From assembly GCA_025355855.1 (NCBI GenBank), contig JANXYU010000019.1:525-64524 (forward strand): a DNA stretch of 64,000 nt. The letters are read 5' to 3'. The stretch's first letter is position 1, and every line of letters begins with the position of its first letter. Positions 30,622 to 39,365 of this stretch are shown in pieces. This DNA is from Actinomycetota bacterium (lineage in GTDB: Bacteria; Actinomycetota; JAHEXW01). Under the pieces are notes generated by a model that searched no databases, was not told the origin of the DNA, and saw only the letters and a program-made list of their open reading frames with translations. The position numbers and the translations under genes are program-made.

Positions 30622-31395
30622 ATGGATAACTTGGCCTATAAAATCGAATTAGAAGTCTACGAAGGGCCTTTCGACCTGCTGTTAGAACTGATTCTAAAGC
30701 AGGAAGTGGATATCTATGAGGTGCCGATAGCGGCCATTACCGACGGCTATCTGAAATACATTACCAAGATGCCGGAGCTTAATCTGGATGTGACCAGTGA
30801 ATTTCTAGTCATCGCGGCAACCTTGCTGGAATTGAAATCATACGCGCTGCTGCCCGTCGACGAGGCGGAAGAGATCGCTATCATCCGCAGCGAGATGGAG
30901 ACGCGGGACAGTCTCATCGAGCACCTGATCGACTATATGACATTCCAGGGTGTGACCGTGGCGATGGCCGGGAAAGTGGAGGAACAAAGCTACCGCTATC
31001 CGCGCATCGCTCAACCGGAAGAAGACTATGCTGATCTGGCGCCGGATTTTCTGGCCGGCATTCGCCTGACTGATCTGTCGAGCCTGGCCCAAGAACTTTT
31101 GGGAACCAAGCCGATGCTGCTGGTCGATACATCGCACATGGCCTTGTACAACATATCGATTTCGGAGAAAGCGCATGATATGGTCGAACTTCTCAAGGCC
31201 AAACCAAGTGGTTCCTTCCGGGAGCTTTGCGAGCAGGCCGAAAGCAAGATCGAGAAGATCGTAGTTTTCCTTGCCTTGTTGGAGTTGTTTAAAAGAGGAG
31301 TTATCGGGGTCAGTCAGGCGCGTGTCTTCGGCGATATCCGGGTCAAATTGGTGGATGAGACGATGATTAACTGGAATAAATGGAACGAAGAATGA
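30622..31395 (+). CDS. scpA: Segregation and condensation protein A
   Basis: EGPFDLLL.LI, FLVIAATLL.LKS..LLP, FLALLEL. Confidence 0.95.
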   Translation: MDNLAYKIELEVYEGPFDLLLELILKQEVDIYEVPIAAITDGYLKYITKMPELNLDVTSEFLVIAATLLELKSYALLPVDEAEEIAIIRSEMETRDSLIEHLIDYMTFQGVTVAMAGKVEEQSYRYPRIAQPEEDYADLAPDFLAGIRLTDLSSLAQELLGTKPMLLVDTSHMALYNISISEKAHDMVELLKAKPSGSFRELCEQAESKIEKIVVFLALLELFKRGVIGVSQARVFGDIRVKLVDETMINWNKWNEE

Positions 31396-32021
31396 GCGAG
31401 GGGCAAATGGAACTTAAGTCGATACTAGAATCACTGTTATTCGTGACCGACGAGCCGCTGGCTGTCAAAAAGCTGGCAGAATTGACAGGCCGCCCAGACG
31501 CTGAGGTTAAAGAGGCCTTAACGGACCTGAAAGAAGACCTTGTCAGCCAGGGACGGGGGATTCGTCTTAAGGCGATCGCCGGCGGTTACCGGTTGTTTAC
31601 GGACACCAAAAACCGAGTGTACGTAGAGAAGCTGGTCTTGTCCTCCGACTTTCGCAGGCTGACCCAAGCGGGATTGGAAACGCTGGCTATCGTTGCTTAT
31701 CGTCAGCCGATCACGCGCGGTGAGATAGCCGGAATCAGAGGCGTCAGCGTTGATTCTGTTTTGGCGAATTTGATTGCCAAAGGTCTCGTCAAAGAGGTAG
31801 GCAAGGAAGACGTGCCCGGTCATCCGACCCTTTACGGCACCACTGAACGCTTTCTAGAAAGCTTCGGCCTCGAGGGCTTGAACGAACTTCCCGAACTTGA
31901 AGGGTTCGAACCGGACGAAGAAACCCAGCGAAAAATTAGGTTCCGCCTCGCCGGGACAACACCCGAAGCGGATATGACGGAGACCGAAGCGACCGAGCCT
32001 GACGCGCCGGCGCCCGCCTGA
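31392..32021 (+). CDS. scpB: Segregation and condensation protein B
   Basis: LETLAIVAYRQPITR.EI..IRGV, LYGTT..FL..FGL..L.ELP; ATGA overlap with scpA. Confidence 0.95.
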   Translation: MSEGQMELKSILESLLFVTDEPLAVKKLAELTGRPDAEVKEALTDLKEDLVSQGRGIRLKAIAGGYRLFTDTKNRVYVEKLVLSSDFRRLTQAGLETLAIVAYRQPITRGEIAGIRGVSVDSVLANLIAKGLVKEVGKEDVPGHPTLYGTTERFLESFGLEGLNELPELEGFEPDEETQRKIRFRLAGTTPEADMTETEATEPDAPAPA

Positions 32022-32027
32022 ACGCCT

Positions 32028-33008
32028 ATGCCGACATTCGGATTAGAGGAAGAAGTCTTTGTCGTCGAGCCCGAAAAGCCTTCTCTAAAATCTCTTTACT
32101 ACCTGTCTAAGCTGTTGTGGCGTAATCCGCGCCGGCACTATCGTTTAACCGCGTCGAATTTCAGCCGGGGTCCGGACGTCAAGCAGGCCTTGATGAGCGG
32201 CGTCGAAGTCGCGACCGAGGTCCACAACGATCCCGCCAGTCTGGTAGACGACCTTAGGGAACGACGCGGCGAACTGGCGTCCGTGGCCGAAGGCCTAATC
32301 GCGCCGATCGGTCACTTGGTCAATCTCAGCACCCCGTCAAACGTCTGCGCTCTTCAGCTGCACGTCGGGGGGGTTCCTAACATCGAAACTGTCTATCAAA
32401 ATCTCGGCCACTTCCTGCCCATCTTGACGCTCATCACGATAAACGCGCCATTTGCCGGGGGCACCTACTACGGCCAGTCGTTCAGGCTGGCCCACGGTTA
32501 TTCAATCGGGCCGTTGCGACCCGACCCGACCGACCGGTTTCAGGACATGATAATCACCAAAAGGCTGGGAACCGTGGAGCTCCGGGCCTTTGATCCGTGT
32601 TGGGACTTGGAACGCGTGCGAGTTTTGGCGCGGGCGGTGGCCGCTATCGCGGCTTTAGACAAGCCGCTGGCTTTTGACCGCGCCCTATATAACAAGGGGC
32701 GGATCGCGCTTGCCGAACGCGGTTTCGTACCAGAGTTACGTCCTTTGTATAATGAGTTGAGCTTGATTGCTGACGTCCCGGAGGAAATGTTGATCCGGAC
32801 TGCGTCAGATGAGGTCAAAGAGTTTTGCCAGGCACACGGCACTGTCGCGGCCTACAGCGCGCTGGATAACGGCTACAGAAACGGCATTTTCGCCGCCGCT
32901 CCGGTACCAGAGAATAAGGCGGCTCTTCTGAAATCAATGGCTGGCCTCGCGGGCTACTACGTGCCCAAGTTGCCTTACGTAACGTGGAAGTATCTTAAAG
33001 AGAAGTAA
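32028..33008 (+). CDS. Glutamate-cysteine ligase (GCS2)-like carboxylate-amine ligase, divergent
   Basis: FGLEEE, VEVAT, LQLHVG, NAPF, S.R, GTVELRAFD. Confidence 0.7.
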   Translation: MPTFGLEEEVFVVEPEKPSLKSLYYLSKLLWRNPRRHYRLTASNFSRGPDVKQALMSGVEVATEVHNDPASLVDDLRERRGELASVAEGLIAPIGHLVNLSTPSNVCALQLHVGGVPNIETVYQNLGHFLPILTLITINAPFAGGTYYGQSFRLAHGYSIGPLRPDPTDRFQDMIITKRLGTVELRAFDPCWDLERVRVLARAVAAIAALDKPLAFDRALYNKGRIALAERGFVPELRPLYNELSLIADVPEEMLIRTASDEVKEFCQAHGTVAAYSALDNGYRNGIFAAAPVPENKAALLKSMAGLAGYYVPKLPYVTWKYLKEK

Positions 33009-33009
33009 A

Positions 33010-33177
33010 GGCAAGGCCCTGGATTATAGGGATTATAAGGAGTATAGAGAGCATGAAAAACATTGTTTTTGCGAGGCTGGGTTTTGGCCGCGGCAATCTC
33101 AGCGAGGCGGGTGCCGTCCAATGAAACCAACCACAATGATCCCCATAATCCTTATACTCTCAATAATCCTCCTTGCC
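33010..33177. repeat. Long imperfect inverted repeat built of 9-mer units, right arm inside psd N-terminus
   Basis: 33010-33054 (GGCAAGG…GGATTATAG GGATTATAA GGAGTATAG AGAGCAT) complementary to 33136-33177 (ATGATCCCCATAATCCTTATACTCTCAATAATCCTCCTTGCC). Confidence 0.75.
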
Positions 33178-33825
33178 GTCCTTTACCTGCTCAACCGTTT
33201 TGTCTGGTTCTACCGCGACCCTGTCCGGCAGGCCGACGCGACCGGACGCGTTGTCATCAGCCCCGCCGACGGCCAGGTCGTGTACATTAAGAAATTTGTT
33301 GACGGCGCTGTGGCTAGCGAGAAACTCGGCCGGCAAATCAAACTTGACGAGCTTACCGACCTAAAATTGCCGGAACACAGCCAAGGCTGGATAATAGGCA
33401 TCTACATGTCGCCGTTTGATGTTCATTTCAACTACGCGCCTTTGCCCGGCAAGATTAAATCGATTGCTTACACGAAGGCCAGCGCGAACCTGCCTATGGT
33501 TGACCTTTGGGAATATATTCGGTATAGTTTTTTGCGCCAAGCCGTTGACAACTTTGCCGAGCGTTTTCACCTGACCAACGAGCGTAACAGCCTCTTGGTT
33601 GAGGGCCCGGGCTTCGACTACGCGGTTATCGAGATTGCCGACAAGTTCGTCAACAAAATCTCTTGCTACGTGCGAGAAGACATGACTGTCAAGGCAGGCG
33701 CCAAGGTCGGGTTTATCGACCGCGGCAGTCAGGTTGACCTCATAATATACAAGACTGACATCGACTTCCAAGTCAAGACGGGACAGCAGGTATATGGCGC
33801 GAAGACGATTCTCGCAACTTACTAG
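33121..33825 (+). CDS. psd: Phosphatidylserine decarboxylase-like pyruvoyl enzyme (divergent)
   Basis: FYRDP.R, SPADG, YMSPFDVH, NERN, RGSQVD self-cleavage motif. Confidence 0.8.
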   Translation: MKPTTMIPIILILSIILLAVLYLLNRFVWFYRDPVRQADATGRVVISPADGQVVYIKKFVDGAVASEKLGRQIKLDELTDLKLPEHSQGWIIGIYMSPFDVHFNYAPLPGKIKSIAYTKASANLPMVDLWEYIRYSFLRQAVDNFAERFHLTNERNSLLVEGPGFDYAVIEIADKFVNKISCYVREDMTVKAGAKVGFIDRGSQVDLIIYKTDIDFQVKTGQQVYGAKTILATY

Positions 33826-35026
33826 TTTCTTCTGGCAGAACGCCGCTGTCATCGGCATTACCATGTCGACGACCCTTATATTCGCGTTCGCGACCCTCTA
33901 TTTACGCGAAGAAATGCATGTTTCCAACTTCATGGTCGGCGTAGCGGTCAGCCTGTCGCATATTATATCCGTCGTATTTTCACCCCTGGTAGGGACTTTG
34001 TCGGATCGGGCGCAAACGCCATGGGGACGCCGCCGTCCGTTCTTGGTCGGCGGAGCTATAGCGGCGGGGATATTCTTGTTCATCATGCCGCACGTCCTGA
34101 ACTACTGGCTTTTCCTGCTTGTTGTGAGCTTGTTCTTTGTTTTCAGCATCGGCTATCAGATTCCGTTCTACGCGTTGATACCGGAGATCGCTCCGGAAGG
34201 ACAGCGCGGTGTCTATTCGACATTTACCGGGTTGCTGCGCCTGGCCGGGGCTGGCATAGTGATGGGCGTCGGCGGTTGGTTGTGGGCTAAATCGCCCGCG
34301 TGGCCTTTCAATGTAACGGCGATCGCCGTGATGTTGACGGCGTTTGTGACCGCCGCCGCGATTCCCGAAGAGCCAAAGCGGCTGTTGCCGCATGACGAGA
34401 GAATCGACATCTACCGAAACTTCCGGCTGTATCTAAAGGAATTAGTCGCCCAGCATCAGATATTCCTGTTCTTCGGGGCGCAGTTCTTTTGGTGGATGGG
34501 CCTCGGCGCCATCCTGCCTTTCGCGACAATCATGCTCAAGGAACTATATGGAGTTAACGTGTCTGAGCTGATGAAGGTCACCCCGTTGGTTTTGGTGGGC
34601 GGCGGCCTTCTAGTCGGGACAATTGTCGGGGCGGGTGTTTTGGGCGATCGGTGGGGTCAAAGACGCGTCATCATGCTGGGCTTAAGTGTGTTGGTTGTTG
34701 GTTGCCTGCTGGCGATCGCCGGCCGCAGCTTGCCGATCGTCTATCTGGCGGCTTTCACTGTGGTTATCGGAGCGTCGCCCCTATTTACGGCGCCGTTCGC
34801 GATGCTGGCCGACCTTATTCCGCGGGGCCGGGAAGGCGAATTCTACGGTTTGGATACCATATCCATTACTCTTAGCCAGGTACCCGCCGCTTTACTAGGC
34901 GGGGCAATCATTGACGGTTTTGGGTATCCGGCGATATTTGCGTTCGTGTCTGTCTGCGCGGTTGTTGCCATAGTTCTGATGTGGCGTGTCGGATTACCGA
35001 AAAAGCGCCGGCCGAGCGTGTCTTAA
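33794..35026 (+). CDS. MFS transporter
   Basis: ~12 TM; GTLSDR…WGRRRPF and GVLGDRWGQRR loops. Confidence 0.9.
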   Translation: MARRRFSQLTSFFWQNAAVIGITMSTTLIFAFATLYLREEMHVSNFMVGVAVSLSHIISVVFSPLVGTLSDRAQTPWGRRRPFLVGGAIAAGIFLFIMPHVLNYWLFLLVVSLFFVFSIGYQIPFYALIPEIAPEGQRGVYSTFTGLLRLAGAGIVMGVGGWLWAKSPAWPFNVTAIAVMLTAFVTAAAIPEEPKRLLPHDERIDIYRNFRLYLKELVAQHQIFLFFGAQFFWWMGLGAILPFATIMLKELYGVNVSELMKVTPLVLVGGGLLVGTIVGAGVLGDRWGQRRVIMLGLSVLVVGCLLAIAGRSLPIVYLAAFTVVIGASPLFTAPFAMLADLIPRGREGEFYGLDTISITLSQVPAALLGGAIIDGFGYPAIFAFVSVCAVVAIVLMWRVGLPKKRRPSVS

Positions 35027-35093
35027 ACAGTAAAAGTCATCCCTCCAAGGTGTAATGATATACTTAAAAGGTTAACTACACAGGAGGAAAACC

Positions 35094-35435
35094 ATGGCTG
35101 ACTGCGTTTTTTGTAAGATCGTGGCCAAAACCATTCCGGCCGACATCGTTTTTGTGGGCGCTACCGTTATTGCGTTTCGAGATATCACACCCAAAGCACC
35201 GGTTCATGTTGTCATAATCCCGAAGAAACACATCAATCCTCTGGAAGACCTGGATGAGGAAGACATTGTCATGATTCCCGAAATATACATGGCGGCTCGT
35301 ACGATCGCGGCCGATGAGGGCATTGACGTTTCCGGCTACCGGGTCTTAACCAACCATGGCCCCGATTCCGGCCAAGAGGTCGAGCACATGCACTGGCATC
35401 TGTTGGGCGGACACCGGCTCGGCGATATTGGCTAG
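35094..35435 (+). CDS. hit: Histidine triad nucleotide-binding protein (HINT)
   Basis: CVFCKI, GQEVEHMHWHLLGG. Confidence 0.95.
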   Translation: MADCVFCKIVAKTIPADIVFVGATVIAFRDITPKAPVHVVIIPKKHINPLEDLDEEDIVMIPEIYMAARTIAADEGIDVSGYRVLTNHGPDSGQEVEHMHWHLLGGHRLGDIG

Positions 35436-35463
35436 CGGCTTAAAGCCGCGAGAGGACATGTGA

Positions 35464-37953
35464 ATGAAGGCTGTCATTATGGCCGGGGGAGAGGGTACTC
35501 GCCTAAGGCCATTGACCAGTAACCAACCCAAACCGATGGTGCCGGTTATCAACCGGCCCGTGATGGAATACATCATCGAGCTCCTAAAGAGCCACGGCAT
35601 CACGGACATCATCGCTACACTGCAGTTCTTGCCCGCGCTGGTGCGCAATTATTTCGGCGACGGCCAGGACCTGGGCGTTAACATGGCTTACAGTACTGAG
35701 GACAAACCGCTCGGCACAGCCGGCAGCGTCAAGAAGGTCGAGCAGTATTTAGACAGCACTTTTGTGGTTATTTCGGGCGACGCAATGACCGATATAGATT
35801 TGACAGCGGCCGTTGCGTTCCACAAAAAGAATCGCGCCCTGGCGACACTGGTATTAAAAAGCGTACCTAATCCTCTGCAGTTCGGCGTGGTTATTACCGA
35901 CGACGACGGCCGGATTCAGAGGTTCGTCGAGAAACCGAACTGGAGCCAAGTCTTCAGCGACACGGTCAATACCGGGATTTATATCCTGGAACCGGCGATC
36001 TTTAACCACATCCCAGCCGACCAGTCATTTGATTTCTCTAAAGATTTGTTTCCGAAACTGCTCAAAGGCCGCAAGCGCTTATTCGGCTACGTCGCCGACG
36101 GCTACTGGCAGGATATCGGCAGTATCGAACAATATATGCAAGTAACCCAGGACCTTTTGCGAGGAGCGGCTGTTTTTCAGCCGGATGGGTTCAAGTTGGG
36201 CCGCAGCGTTTGGTTAGACGGCGGCGCGCAAGTCGATCCGCAAGCCAGCCTGCGCGGACCGATCGTTATCGGCAAAAACGCCAAGATAGAGGCGGGAGCA
36301 AGAATCAGACCGTACTCAGTCATCGGCAGCAACACAATCGTCAAAACCGGAGCTTTCGTCAGCCGAGCGGTAGTCGGCGACAACTGTTATGTCGGGGCCG
36401 GGGCTGAATTGCGCGGTTGCGCCATCGGACGGACCTGTGACATCAAACGTAACGCGCGCATCGGTGAAGGTGTGGCCATCGGCGACAACTGCAGTATCGG
36501 CAACGATGCCGTGATCAGCCCGAATGTACGCATCTATCCATTTAAGACCGTTGAGCCGGGGGCCGCGGTTAGCGCCTCGATAATCTGGGAAACGCGCGGG
36601 GCGCGGTCACTATTCGGACGCCAGGGTATTGCGGGTTTGATCAACATCGATATTACGCCGCGGATGGCGATGCGCATCGCCGGCGCCTATGGTTCCGCGA
36701 TACCGGCCGGTTCGACGGTAACCGTCGGCAGCGATCAAGTGAGGTCTTGCGACATAATGCGCCAGGCAGTCATAGCCGGCCTTAACTCTACGGGCGTTAA
36801 TGTCTGGGACTTAGACAACATGCCCGCGGGCGTCAGCCGGTTTGCCATTATTAACGATCATCTGGCCGGCGGCGTGGATATAAGACTTTCTCGTGACGAC
36901 GCGCAGAGCCTCGAGTTCGACTTTTTCGATTCCAACGGTATTAATATCAGCGAGGACATGCAGGGTCGGATTGAAAAGAATTTCTATCGCGACGATTTCC
37001 GGCGGGCCTTTCATAACGAGATGGGCGATGTAGTCTATCCTCCTCACACGGCCGAGAATTACATTAACAACGCGCTGCACAAACTAGACGGGGAATTGAT
37101 TCGCAAAGCGCGATTGAAGTTGGTTGTCGATTACGGTTTTGGGCGGTCGATCAAAGTAGGGCCGGAGCTTCTCGGACGCCTAGGCGTTGGCGTTATCGCC
37201 TTAAACGGTATGGGCGCGGCTCGTCCGGCGCTTGATAGAGACGAAATCGAGCGATCTTTGCGGCAAGTCTCTCAGAGCGTACGCGCGCTAAAAGCTGACT
37301 TGGGTGTAATCATCGACGGCCCGAGCGAACGCGTCATATTCGTCGACGAGAAAGGTCAGAGAATCGGACAGTCGGCTGCGTTGATAATGATGCTCAAACT
37401 GGTCTGCGAAGACAAGGGAGCGGGTACAGTGGTGTTGCCGATGAGTGTTACTCAGGCAGCTGACGATATCGCCGCTCTCTATGGTTGCGAAGTCAAACGA
37501 GTGCGCATCAGCCCGGCCGCGCTCATGGAAGCCGCGCTAGACGAACACGTTATTTTCGCCGGCGCCGAGGGCGGCGGCTATATCTTCCCCGACATGGTTC
37601 CGGCTTACGCGGCGTTAACCAGCCTCGGAAAACTTTTGGAGATCATGGCGCGCAAACGCCGGCCGCTTAGCGTATTAGCCGGCCAGGTACCCCGTTATCA
37701 CGTTCAGCATCGTCAGGAGGTCTGCGCCTGGGACCGCAAAGGTTATGTCATGCGGCAGATGATGGACGCGACCCGTGGCCGCAAGGTCGAGCTGATCGAC
37801 GGTATCAAAGTATACACACCGACGGGTTGGGCTTTAATGCTGCCTGACCCCGTCGAACCGGTTTGCCATATCTATGTCGAGGGCGACACGGAGCAACACG
37901 CGGAGGCCATCGCGTCGCGTTACGCCGCCCTGATTCGCAAACACCGGGCATAA
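35464..37953 (+). CDS. Mannose-1-phosphate guanylyltransferase with hexapeptide repeats and degenerate phosphohexomutase domain
   Basis: MAGGEGTRLRPLT…PKP, EKP, hexapeptide repeats, LFG..GI.G..N. Confidence 0.9.
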   Translation: MKAVIMAGGEGTRLRPLTSNQPKPMVPVINRPVMEYIIELLKSHGITDIIATLQFLPALVRNYFGDGQDLGVNMAYSTEDKPLGTAGSVKKVEQYLDSTFVVISGDAMTDIDLTAAVAFHKKNRALATLVLKSVPNPLQFGVVITDDDGRIQRFVEKPNWSQVFSDTVNTGIYILEPAIFNHIPADQSFDFSKDLFPKLLKGRKRLFGYVADGYWQDIGSIEQYMQVTQDLLRGAAVFQPDGFKLGRSVWLDGGAQVDPQASLRGPIVIGKNAKIEAGARIRPYSVIGSNTIVKTGAFVSRAVVGDNCYVGAGAELRGCAIGRTCDIKRNARIGEGVAIGDNCSIGNDAVISPNVRIYPFKTVEPGAAVSASIIWETRGARSLFGRQGIAGLINIDITPRMAMRIAGAYGSAIPAGSTVTVGSDQVRSCDIMRQAVIAGLNSTGVNVWDLDNMPAGVSRFAIINDHLAGGVDIRLSRDDAQSLEFDFFDSNGINISEDMQGRIEKNFYRDDFRRAFHNEMGDVVYPPHTAENYINNALHKLDGELIRKARLKLVVDYGFGRSIKVGPELLGRLGVGVIALNGMGAARPALDRDEIERSLRQVSQSVRALKADLGVIIDGPSERVIFVDEKGQRIGQSAALIMMLKLVCEDKGAGTVVLPMSVTQAADDIAALYGCEVKRVRISPAALMEAALDEHVIFAGAEGGGYIFPDMVPAYAALTSLGKLLEIMARKRRPLSVLAGQVPRYHVQHRQEVCAWDRKGYVMRQMMDATRGRKVELIDGIKVYTPTGWALMLPDPVEPVCHIYVEGDTEQHAEAIASRYAALIRKHRA

Positions 37954-37967
37954 AAGGAATGATCTAG

Positions 37968-39365
37968 ATGCTTAAATTCGGCACTGACGGCTGGAGAGCC
38001 ATAATCGCCGAGGAATTCACATTTCACAACCTGCGCTTGGTCACTAGGGCGGTGGCTGATTACCTCAAAAGTAAGACGGACGCGCCAACGGTCGTGATTG
38101 GTTACGACAACCGTTTCATGGGCGCGGAATACGCCGCCGCTGTCGCCGAGACAATGGCCGCTTGCGGTGTGCGCGCCATCCTGGGAGACCAGGCATACCC
38201 GACGCCCGTCGTTGCGTATGCGGTGCGAGAGTTCAAGGCCACTGGCGGCGTCATGCTTACCGCCAGCCATAATCCATATTATTACAACGGCTTTAAGTTC
38301 ATCCCCGATTACGCGGGACCGGCCACTGGCGAGATTACCTCCGCGATCGAGCGCAACATCGCGAGTCTTACGGGAGGAGCTCCGGCGCCGCGGGCTGAGG
38401 AACGGGTCGACATTGCCATAACGACGCTGGATTCCGCCTATCGCGTCCACCTTCTCGACTTTATTGACACCAAATCAATTCGCGCGGCGAAAATATCGGC
38501 CGGAATCGATCCCTATTATGGAGCTGGCCTGAACCTTATGCCCGCGCTGGCCCGGGAGGCCGGTTTGGCCGCCACCGTTATTCACGATTCAATCGATCCT
38601 CTCTTCGGCGGCACATTACCCGACCCATCCGAGGCGAATTTGACCGAACTGAGAAGCTTGGTGAAAGAGAATGGTCTGGATATGGGTTTGGCTCTGGACG
38701 GCGACGCCGATCGGTTCGGAGTCATCACGAGCGACGGGCGCTATCTAACCCCTAACCAGGTCGTGGCGATTATCCTGCTTCATATGGTTAAAAACCGGGG
38801 CGCCCAAGGCGCGGCAGTTCGTACTGTCGCCACAACGCACTTAATCGACGCGGTCGCGGCCGCCTACAATATCGAGGTCGTCGAAACACCGGTAGGATTT
38901 AAATATGTCGGAGCCGTCATGCGGCAACGTTCGGTCATAATCGGCGGCGAAGAAAGCGGAGGCTTAAGTGTACTCGGTCATATACCGGAAAAGGATGGCC
39001 TCTTGGCCAACCTATTGCTAGCTGAAATGGTCGCGAGGGAGGGCCGGTCGCTGGCCGACATATGGGATGGCATCCGAGCTGACTTTGGCGACTATTTCAA
39101 TACCCGGTTGGACATCGAATATCCCCAGACCAAGATGGCCGCTTTACTAAAAGGTCTAGCTTCAGCGCCGCCCAAAGTACTGGCCGGGCTGAATGTAACC
39201 GGCGTGAATCGTACCGATGGCGTTAAATTATTGTTGGCAGGCGATGCTTGGCTGCTGGTTCGTCCTTCGGGAACCGAGCCGTTGATCCGTGCTTATATCG
39301 AAGCTAAATCTCATAAGAAATTGATCGCATTGGAAAGCGCGGTGCGGGAGATGCTCCAAAAATGA
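37968..39365 (+). CDS. Phosphoglucomutase/phosphomannomutase
   Basis: FGTDGWR, TASHNP, DGDADR, GGEESGG, RPSGTEP. Confidence 0.95.
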   Translation: MLKFGTDGWRAIIAEEFTFHNLRLVTRAVADYLKSKTDAPTVVIGYDNRFMGAEYAAAVAETMAACGVRAILGDQAYPTPVVAYAVREFKATGGVMLTASHNPYYYNGFKFIPDYAGPATGEITSAIERNIASLTGGAPAPRAEERVDIAITTLDSAYRVHLLDFIDTKSIRAAKISAGIDPYYGAGLNLMPALAREAGLAATVIHDSIDPLFGGTLPDPSEANLTELRSLVKENGLDMGLALDGDADRFGVITSDGRYLTPNQVVAIILLHMVKNRGAQGAAVRTVATTHLIDAVAAAYNIEVVETPVGFKYVGAVMRQRSVIIGGEESGGLSVLGHIPEKDGLLANLLLAEMVAREGRSLADIWDGIRADFGDYFNTRLDIEYPQTKMAALLKGLASAPPKVLAGLNVTGVNRTDGVKLLLAGDAWLLVRPSGTEPLIRAYIEAKSHKKLIALESAVREMLQK

